The translations under genes and the position numbers were made by a program. From Tubulanus polymorphus (lineage: Eukaryota > Animalia > Nemertea): DNA of 64,000 bases. Positions 54,345 through 64,000 of the stretch are shown here, in pieces (the first letter of the stretch is position 1; each line of letters starts with the position of its first letter). Under the pieces are notes generated by a model. That model saw nothing but the letters and a program-made list of their open reading frames with translations. It made no database searches and was not told the DNA's origin. The DNA lies in NCBI RefSeq assembly GCF_964204645.1, contig NC_134028.1:20642345-20706344 (forward strand), given 5' to 3'.

Positions 54345-55770
54345 AGATCCACAACACTGTCGAAGTAGGCCTAGAAATGTGGACCTGGGTCCACAACTAT
54401 GAAGTAGGTCCACAACTGTGAAACTGGGCCCACAACTGCAGAAGTAGGTTTAGAAGACAGTGTGGAACTGGGTAATCGTGTCGAAGAAGGTCCAGATTAC
54501 TGTGGACCGTAGAAGTATGTCCAGAAGTGTGGAACTGGGTCCATAGAAGTGGGTCCAGAAGTGTGGAATTGGATCCACAACTGTCGAATAGGTCCAGCAC
54601 TGTATGACTGGATCGACAACTGTAGAAGCAGGTCCAAAATTGTGTAACTGGATCCACAACTGTAGAAATAAATCGACGAGAAGTCGTTCAATTTGAAGAA
54701 TGAAAGTTTTGCATATTTGATGGGCGCCGTGATAATATATGGATTAGGGAGTCTAAAAATTCAGTTCAAAGATTGAAAATGAACTTATTTTGACAATAAA
54801 TACCAGTGTTAAAACATCATTTTGTCTGAACACCGTCCGGGGCTTATTCAGACGGTACCCCTAGACTTCATCGCCCCTTCCCATTTAAATTCATTAAATT
54901 TCCTCAGGTTTACAATTCATGAGCATACAGATTTGTCGGCATGAATTCAAACCGTGGCAGAAACTTCAAGACATGACTTGGAGTATTTGCCATGGAGGTG
55001 ATCTGATAAAACCGACCATTGTCATCTAATTAAAACAAAATAATTACTGGTCGGTTTAAATAGAATCTAACTGGTGATCAATGCAATCAATGATTTTATT
55101 GATATTCACTGCGTTAAAACAATCGACGTAATGCGTTATTTTCGCCCATTCTCCCCAAACTAAACAAGTTCTCGTCGATTTATTGCAAATACAGAAAAAA
55201 CACAGAATATGTAAGTCAAAACGTCCTTTTTGCAGGTTGAGACCAAATTCTGCAGTTTTGCCCATGAGTTCCACACTCCTGGACCAAGTTCCATAAAACG
55301 AGATTCTGTTCCACAGTTCTGGATCTATTTCCACGTGTGGACCCAATTCTTCAGTTCTGCATGGACCCTCCAGTTGTAGACCCAGCTACGCAGTTCTGAA
55401 TCTATTTCTACCGTTTTGGATCCAGTTCCACGGTAATGGAGATACGTCTACAGCTTGGTCCCAGTTCCACAATTATGGTTCTACTTCTACAGTTGTGGAT
55501 CCAGTTCCAGCTGGACGCATTTCAACCATTGTGGATCGGTTATATAGTTCTGGACCCGCTTCTACAGTTGTGGACCCTGTTCCACAGTTCTGGATCTACT
55601 TCTACAGTTTAAGACCCAGTTCCACACTTCTGGACCCGTTTCTACAGTTGTTGACCAAGTTCCACAGTTGTGGACCTACCCCTACAGTTGCGGTCATGAC
55701 TCCGCACTTCTGGATTTTGCTTATTTGGGATCCAGCGCCACAGTCCTGGACAAAGTTCCTAAGTTCGGTT
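54345..55770. repeat. Two oppositely oriented minisatellite blocks (54345-54670, 55235-55770)
   Basis: Lie between divergent SHP copies 9 and 10. Confidence 0.75.
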
Positions 55771-56254
55771 GAATTTGACTCAAGAGTTTGAAAATGAGTT
55801 CATTTTCAATAAGTTGCCTCTCTGTGAAATTGTGGAACTGTAGAACCGGAAGTAGTTCGTATGATATTTGAATCTAAAGTTTTAATCTAGTCTTTTACAA
55901 TAATCAATTCATGTGTGCATAAAAAATATGTCGAACCTCCATCGTCCTTCAAATTTCCAGCAATATACAGTAGAAAAACAGGGCCAGACAGATTAAACAA
56001 AGCAAAAATAATCGAATCGATCCTGTAAATAGTTTGGAATTAATTCAGCAACTTCTGATCAAATATTATTCAGCCCGAAATATATAAAACTGGCAAAATT
56101 CAATCGACAAAATGAGACATTCGTCAGTCCCTTCAACAGCACGTTAAATCTCAACACACATTATACAGGTAAGATCAATTCTAATATCGGTAGTTCTGAC
56201 TGCCGGGAACCAGTCTCCAGTTCTATGATCTGATTGCAGTTTTTCGGATACAAC

Positions 56255-56961
56255 ATGAAATTGATAAGTTTTTTGTGGTTTTTCTGGCCGTTCTCTGGGC
56301 TTCAACCGATGCCATTGATGAAAGTACATGTCGCAAGGTAAATATCTGTTAGTCATATCACGTGTGTTAATCCATCGCAGCTACACTCCTGAACCTAAAG
56401 TCTACAAATCTCCTTGATCCTACGTGCAGTTGATATTACTTAGGGAAAGAAGATTAATTAACGGAAATACCTCTCAGTATTTGAAACAAATCTCTGAAGA
56501 TGAGTGGAAGTATTCCACCCGAAACGTTAGAATGAAATAACAACTGTTGTTTAAGATCTATATTGTGGGTTTTTACGCAGGACTGGAAATAGTCTCAACT
56601 ATTTATAACCTCTTAGTATAACCTCCTGATAATCGTGACATCAATGTTGTAATTTAGGGGTTCAGCAGGAAAAACCATTTTCAATTACATTTTTATTATA
56701 TAGGTAGCATCTCTTGCTGTCGAACATTACGGCAAGGCCATATCGGGACCACTGAGCAAATTAGATTGCGATACCATCGTTGACAGCAAGATCTTGGACG
56801 ATCTAAAGTTACAAGGTTCACAACTACCTAGCGTTTTGGCGAAAGTCTTCAAGTCAAAACAAGGCAAATCGAAGATTTTCGCTTACGTACGAAACAATGT
56901 CAACGTCATTAGAAACAATTTGAAAACTTTGAAAGAAGCATTGAAAAAACTAGAAAACTAG
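56255..56961 (+). pseudogene. SHP copy 10, single-base frameshift in the signal exon
   Basis: TTGGTGG>TTGTGG at ~56275; mature exon 56704-56961 is open and near-identical to copy 6. Confidence 0.7.
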
Positions 56962-57330
56962 AAAATTCCATGCATAAATGATCGATAATTCGAGCAACAT
57001 CGCATTTATACTAGAAGATGTATGTTCTAATTCTATAGATTCCGGGATTCCTTGTTCTATACGATTAAAATTTATTTCAATGTTTGAAAATGCAAGTAAA
57101 TAGTTCTTAGTCGGCATAAAATGAATGTTATGATGTATTGATTTCATTGTCGGTTCGATCGCAGTTTGCAGTTCCCCCGGAAACCGGTGAGCAGATGAAA
57201 CGAGTTCCCGGTGTCTCCAGACGGTGTCCAATGCACGGGACAGGTTTTTTCAAGGTTAACATTACGGGTAAGGGAGTTAGTAGTGGGACGATCTTGCATG
57301 CCAATTAACGCAAACGGGAGATTGTGAATG

Positions 57331-58245
57331 ATAATATAATAATATGTTTTCTTTTAAAGCGCAGATCTAAGAAATAATCGCTGCGCTTTACAATATAAAA
57401 CACAATACAGAAAATTGTTAGAATTACACATGCATTATAAAACAATACATAGTAGGTTTTAAGAGTAGGTTTGGCTAAAAAGGTATGTCTTAAGATTACG
57501 TTAAAAAATATCAACGCACGCACTTTCTCTCAGAGATATTGGAAGTTTGTTCCAGAGGATTGGACAAATACATTTAAAAGATCGACTGCCGTACGAAATA
57601 CGTGGAATTGGTGTGACTAGAATTGTTTTATCGTGGCTGGAACGCAGAGACCGGGTCGGATTATATTGAGACAGAAGGGATTTCAGGTACTCAGGTGCTA
57701 GTCCATGTAAACATTTGTATACCCACCATAAAGAGAATCTTATATTCAATCCGCACCGAGATCGGCAGCCAATGTAAAGACTGTAGGACAGGTGTTATAT
57801 GCTCACTCTTCTTTTTCTTGGTGATAAGGCGAGCGGCATTGTTCTGAACGAGCTGAAGGCGCTTGATCAAAGTGGCATTGAGCCCACAAGCAGCGAATTG
57901 GCATAATCAAGCCTGCTAATCACCAAAGAAACAACGGCTGCTTTGCACGCTGCATCGTCTAACAGACTTCGTATTTTACCTATGCAATACAGATGGTAGT
58001 TAGCAGTGCGACAAATATTGTTAACATGCTTTGATAAAGACAAATGTTCATCCAAAATTACACCTTGATTCTTAACATAAGTTGATGGATGGATTTCAAT
58101 ACCATCAATAGTAATATATAAATCACTGGGTAAAAGGCTTTTGGCATATGGTGAACCAAGTATTACGAATTCGGTTTTATCGCCGTTAGCTTTTAATTTA
58201 TTAATTGTCATCCAATTGGACAACACCTGGACAAGTTCAGCTAGC
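57331..58245 (-). mobile_element. 5'-truncated L2-type LINE fragment with 6-bp TSD
   Basis: WM..NKLK.N.DKTE, SRLDYANSLL, QNNAARLI, HITPVLQSLHWLP, KCLHGLAPEYL; (TAT)n-like tail; TGAATG duplicated at 57325-57330 and 58246-58251; empty site at ~31499-31504. Confidence 0.9.
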
Positions 58246-58679
58246 TGAATGGAACCCGGGGATAAGTCTACAGAATTTATTCCAACCTGGGCAGATATAG
58301 CTTTTTGATATTTACTTGCTTAAATTTCATTCTCTAAATTTCGATGGATCATCCAGCCGATGATTACATAATCAGTTGGACCAGGACGGCATTAAGAATC
58401 TTCAACTTATGACAACACAATTTTCAATTCAATTCAATTCAAAATTTATTCAGTAAATAATCATATACATGGTTGCGGCTGAATAGAACATAAAATTATA
58501 ACAAATTCCCTGCGAACAATAAAGTGAAAAATGGCGTTCGTGTTGCCGGACAGCCAGACAGCGTTGTGATCGATAGCTGGAAGACACGCGCGCACACCGG
58601 TCACTGTTGCAGGTATAAGCTTTCTCATTGAACATGTCAAGTTGGCACTTGTTTCTCCCCCTGGCGTTTCCGCACTGCA

Positions 58680-59304
58680 CTAGTAGATCCGTTGACTTAA
58701 GATCGTCCAAGATCTTGCTGTTGACGATACTTTCGCAATCTAATTTGCTCAGTGGTTCCGATATGGCCTTGCCATAAAACTCGACAGCACGAGATGATAC
58801 CTGCAAATAAAAACAAACGCAATCGAAAATGCTTTTTCTTGGTAAACCCTTAAGATACAACAGTGAAAATCATGATCATAAGAATACAAAGAGGTTATAA
58901 ATAATTGGTACTATTTCCAGTCTTGAATACAATTGCGTAAAAACCCACAATATAGATCTTAAACAACAGTTATTATTTCATTCTAACGTTTCGGGTGGAA
59001 TACCTCAACCAATCCTCAGAGATTTGCTTCAAATACTGAGAGGTATTTCCGTTAATTCGTCTTTCCATGAAGAATATCAACTGCACGTTGAACCAAGAAG
59101 GTTGGTAGACTTTAGGTTCATGAGTGTAGCTGCGATGGATTAACTCTACATATTACATTCGATTGGTGAAACGCTTTGACGATACAGCGTTTTCTCTTTA
59201 TAGGCAGATATTTTACCTTGCTACATGTACTTCCATCAGCAATGGCATCGGTTGATACCCAGAAAACCGCCAGAAAAACCACCAAAAAAACTGATCAATT
59301 TCAT
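58680..59304 (-). pseudogene. SHP copy 11, broken
   Basis: Signal exon 59304-59217 is 88 nt (+1 in the T run). Mature exon from 58800 is truncated at ~58679 by a deletion joining it to GPCR intron sequence. Confidence 0.75.
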
Positions 59305-59844
59305 GTTGTCCCCGAAAAACTGCAATCAGATCATAGAAATAGAGACTGGTTCCCGGCTGTGTCAGAAATACAGATATTACAAATGATCTTACCTGTATAA
59401 TGTGTGTTGAGATTTAATGTGGCGTTGAAGCGACTGACGAATGTCTCATTTTGTCGATTGAATTCTGCCAGTTTTATACATATTTTGGGATGAATAATAT
59501 TTGATCAGAAGTTGCTGAACGGTTTCACATTAAACATCCAACTCAGTAGATTTAATACCAACTATTTACAGGATAGATTTGATTATTTTTGCTTTGTTTA
59601 ATCTGTCTGCATCTGTTTTTCTACTGTATATTGCTGGAAATTAATTTGAAGGACGATGGAGGTTTTACATTTTTCATCCACACATGAATAAAATCTTGTA
59701 AAAGGCTACATTATGAACTGTATATTCAAATATTAATTAATTGGCACCCGGTTCCACAGTTCCATATTTCCACAGCAGAGTCAAATTATTGAAAATGAAC
59801 TTGAAATGAATTTCAACTCTTGACTCAAATAAAACCAAACTTTA

Positions 59845-60340
59845 GGACTTTGTCCAGGACTGTGGAACTGGATACTAAGTAAGCAAGTCCTGAAGTGTGA
59901 AAAAGTGTAGAAAAAAGTAGGTCCAAAATACGGTGGATCTGGATCAACAACTGTAGAAGTAGGTCATGAAGTGTGGAACTTGGCCCACAACAGTAAAAGT
60001 AGGTCCAGAACAATGGAACTGCGTCGACAACTGTAGAAAGTAGTCCAAAATTGTGGAACTTGCTCTACATCTGTAGAAACATGTCCAAAACTGTGGAACT
60101 GGATCCAAAACCGTAGAATGGGCCCAGTACGGAACTGGGTCGACAAGTAAGGAAGGTGCATTCCAGTGGAACTCGATCCAAAAATTAGGTCTACAACAAT
60201 ACAGTGGAACCGGGACAACTGTACTAAGAAAGTTTTCAGAACTTGGTCCAAAACTGTTGAAATTGATCCAAAACACTGTGGAAATGGATCTAGTTTTATG
60301 AAAAAGTGCGGGATTGGTTCGAAGGAAAAGTTCGAAGTTT
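59845..60340. repeat. Degenerate ~20-bp minisatellite
   Basis: Paralogue of 6370-6900. Confidence 0.8.
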
Positions 60341-61387
60341 TGACATAAGAATCTATTCTATATCGTGTGTTTTCTGTATTTGCAGTTGACATTGACGAAA
60401 ACTTGTTCAATTCAATTTGGGGAAAATCGGCGAAAAAATCTAATTACACCAAACGTTTTAACAATAGTAAATATCAATAAAATCATTGATTGTATTGATC
60501 ACGAGTTGATTATTCGTACTATTGATTATTCGTAGATGATAGCTTTGATCAGATACCCTCTTTAGGAAACATCCAAGTTATATGTAGAAGTTTCTGCCAC
60601 ATTTTGAATTTGCCAAAAAGAATCTGCATGATAAAAATTGTTAACTTGAGAAATTCTAACGAGTTTGAAACTTTAGGGCAGTCTAGGGGTACCGTCTGAC
60701 TATGCCTCGGACGGTGTTGAGACAAAATAATGTTTGACGCTGAAATTTGAATTTTCACAGTTCACAAAATAAAGAATAATTATAATGAAAAAATAATAAT
60801 AACTTGTCCCTAGCCCGAACAGACAGAGTATCATCAAACACACGACCATTCAAACTTATTGTATTGCAAGGCCGCACTTATTACACATTGTTTTCGATTA
60901 TACTATGATCCCGACAGCTGGTGTAGAATTCGACCTAGTACCTTTACACTCCATCAGTAGTCTATATCTTCTGAATAACAAAATTTATATTTAAACATGT
61001 GGAAATGTGATTGTATAACAAGTTGAATATGTCCATGATGAGGAAACGCCGTTTGTTAATCGTCGAAGCATTTCGTCAATAATGATCCAATAATCCATCG
61101 TAGCTTAACTCATGAACCTAAAGTCTACAAACCTCATTGGTCCTATGTGCAGTTGATATTCCTCATGGAAAGACGAATTAACAGAAATAACTCTCGGTAT
61201 CTGAAACAAATCTCTGAATATGGGTTGAAGTATCCCACCCCAAACGTTAGAATGAAATAGTAGCTGTTGTTTTGGATCTATATTGTGGGTTTTTACGGTT
61301 TGAGGGTTTTTATATTGTTTATCAGTGTTGTATTTGAAAGGTTCACCAAAGAAAAAGCATTTTCAATTGTGTTTGTTTGATTGGCAG

Positions 61388-61633
61388 GCATCATCTCGTG
61401 CTTTCGAGTGTTACGGCAAGGCCATATCGGGACCACTGAGCAAATTGAATTGCAAGTCTATCGTCAAACGCGATATCAAGCACCTACCAGGTCGACAAGG
61501 TGACTCTTCGCCGAGGGTCTTCAATTCTAGAAAGGGCAGCTCGCTGACTAATGATTTCGCAAGAAACAATGTGAAAGATCTAAGAAAAAATTTTAGATCT
61601 TCGAGAACAGGCTTGAAACAAATGAGAAACTAG
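61388..61633 (+). pseudogene. SHP copy 12, orphan mature exon
   Basis: Open exon near-identical to that of copy 3, but promoter and signal exon are removed by a deletion at ~61020-61027. Confidence 0.75.
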
Positions 61634-62545
61634 AAAACTAGAAAATGCCACGGAAATGATGGATAATTCGAACAACATCGCATCATACTAGAAGATCTAT
61701 GTTCTAATTCTAATTCGGTTCTAGGTTTCGGGTTTCCTTGTTCTATACGATTCAAATTTGTGTCAATTATTTTTTTATAAATGCAAATAGATAATTCTTC
61801 TTCGGCATTATAAATGAATGTTGTGATGTATTGATTTCATTGACGGTTCGCAGTTTGCAGTGCCCCGGAAACCGGCGGGCAGATGAAACGAGTTCCCAGT
61901 TGTTCCAGACGGTGTCCAATGTACGGGAAAGGTTTTTTCAAGGGAAGCATTACGGGTAAGGGAGTTAGTGTCTCGATATCCAATACCAATATTGACTAGA
62001 CCAACCAATAAAAGTAAATGGGAGATTTTGAATTGAGCCTGAGTATAATTCCACCAAATCTATATCAATAATTAGCTGGCCAGACCAGGAACTGAATTTT
62101 TCAAGTATAGCTGTTTAATATTAACTTAGTTTAATTTCATTCTCTTAATTGCGAGGGATCCTGCCAATGATTGCATACGTAAGTATAGTTGGACCAGGAC
62201 AGCATTGAGAATCTTCAACTTTTGACAACTCATGAGGACAGCTGATGGCTTAGTTCGGCATACTCAGATATTAAAATAGATCACCAAAATAATAATGATG
62301 GGACTAGTTTCCTTGTGCCTATCGACTCTTTATCGACTGGCCTTTTCTGGAATGTAATGAACTTTCTTCAAATATCCCTATCAGAGAAGGAAAGATCATC
62401 GGAAAAATTAGGCGTTCGCGCGATCACTATCGTTATCTGGGAGATGAAGGCATAGGTTGTACATGTATTTAGTTATTCATCGTATCAGTTCATACTAAGA
62501 AAGAAAGATACGCACAGAATCAAGAAATTGATCAATGGGTTTGTA

Positions 62546-63916
62546 TTAATGAATAAGTTCCTTTTCTAAGTTGTAAGCAGCGCTGTTTGGACGACCGGTT
62601 TTAGGGATTAGATTCATCCAATAATCTCTACCGTGTCTGCAATAAATAAAAGAGCATGATATATAAAGAGACGCTTCCGCGCAATGTGGATACTGGTATA
62701 AAAACGTCAGGATTATCCGGCTATCAGTTTACTTTTGACGATCATGTTCATATACACTCTGTCCATATCCAGCCGCGAATGGTAAATTATGATCTTTTCC
62801 GGGTGGTCTGAATCCTCGTTCCTCGGATAACTGTAATCAATATAATTATAATGTTAATTATCATGTGAATGGATTTCCCAATGTGATTTGGATAATGAAA
62901 TGCGATGCAAGATTTTGTGTACAAACCTCTTCGGACATTTCACGAATATGATAACTCTCGAATCCGCAACATCCTCCGATGTACCTCACTCCAAGTTCAT
63001 AAGCTTTACGGGCATAGTCTCTACATTCCCAACGAGTAAGAATGCGTGGTTCCATCGCTGAAAATGAAAATGCAACTAAATACACATGTATTAGCTATTT
63101 CAATGTCGAGACGATCGAAATGTTATTTCAGCTCACCTAACATACACTCGGGTAAATGAGAATATCCTTCAACTAGATACTCAGTTTCAGGAGAAAGGAA
63201 TCCGATTGGCTGCATCATCAGAAATGGAGATAAACCAGCTTCATTCAGGGCATCTTTCATCAATTTCATCGTTTTCAGTTGCGCGTTATAATCAAACTGG
63301 CAATTTAAACCCACAATATCGGCCCCTGGGTGATTGAAAACAAACACCTACGATTATGATTTAATAAACTTTGCACGACATTGAAACATGTTTGAAAAAT
63401 AACGCATATTAAGAGGGATGTTTCTTGAGTGAAGGCATGATTTGACACCTCGTTTAGCCATTCTAACTGCACATTCTCCTGCACTGATTCCATCGATACA
63501 CCCAACTGGACCTATTCTCATCGTACACGCTATAGGTTTGTTGTATTTCTTCATGACATCAATCGCCCACTCCATCTCTTCGATTGAGCAGAAAAACTGG
63601 ATTCGAAAAATACATGTATACATTCGACACTACAGTGTTATACAAACGTTCGATTTGTTGATAGTGAAATTCCATGGTAAAATAGCAATGAATATCATCC
63701 TTGTCTTGAATAACAGATGCTTACCTCTGCTATAAAGAAATCGACATCCTTTTCTTTGAACACGTCGCATTGCTTTTCGAATTCTGCTTGAACCGCTGCC
63801 TTCCCTTTTCCAGCTATGTAGGTCGGTGTAGGCGACAAACCGCCGCTAACTAGTAGATTGTATGCTGTGGCAACATTACGTGCAAGATCGCATGCCGCGT
63901 GGTTTATTTCAGATGT
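62546..63916 (-). CDS. BHMT: BHMT-family copy 3, exons 3-8 (5' exons beyond the window)
   Basis: Exon 3 at 63916-63725 with intact acceptor; GLNC and GGCC motifs; ends ...EKELIH* at 62546. No lesion noticed. Confidence 0.85.
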
Positions 63917-64000
63917 CTAAGATAAATACATTATAAATATGTACATCATTACCACGGCACTAACCATTCAGTACAATTTGTATGAATGAATAGTTGAATA

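Overview
AT-rich animal (probably invertebrate) genomic DNA with short spliceosomal introns; not prokaryotic. The window is a tandem segmental amplification of a 20-30 kb cassette: unit 1 ~390-23450, an aborted module 23451-24534, unit 2 ~24541-52036, and unit 3 from 52037 past the window end. The cassette carries (i) 3-4 copies, mostly in alternating orientation, of an unrecognised spliced gene for a ~110-aa secreted, two-Cys, helical protein (12 copies in total: 6 intact, 6 broken), each flanked by class B GPCR exon relics and a degenerate ~20-bp minisatellite; (ii) an 8-exon BHMT-family methyltransferase; (iii) a BMPER/Crossveinless-2-like vWC-vWD gene; and (iv) a prepro cationic antimicrobial-type peptide gene (mature GWFKKLWKGIKKHCSIGYNRGFTAQCS-G). 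The last two are seen in units 1 and 2; the window ends inside the BHMT of unit 3. Unit-specific events include two LINE insertions, a Penelope-like insertion with inverted hammerhead ribozyme motifs, MITEs, microhomology deletions and a CTG expansion (35 interrupted vs 115 pure triplets). All gene models and counts were made by hand; no database searches were run.
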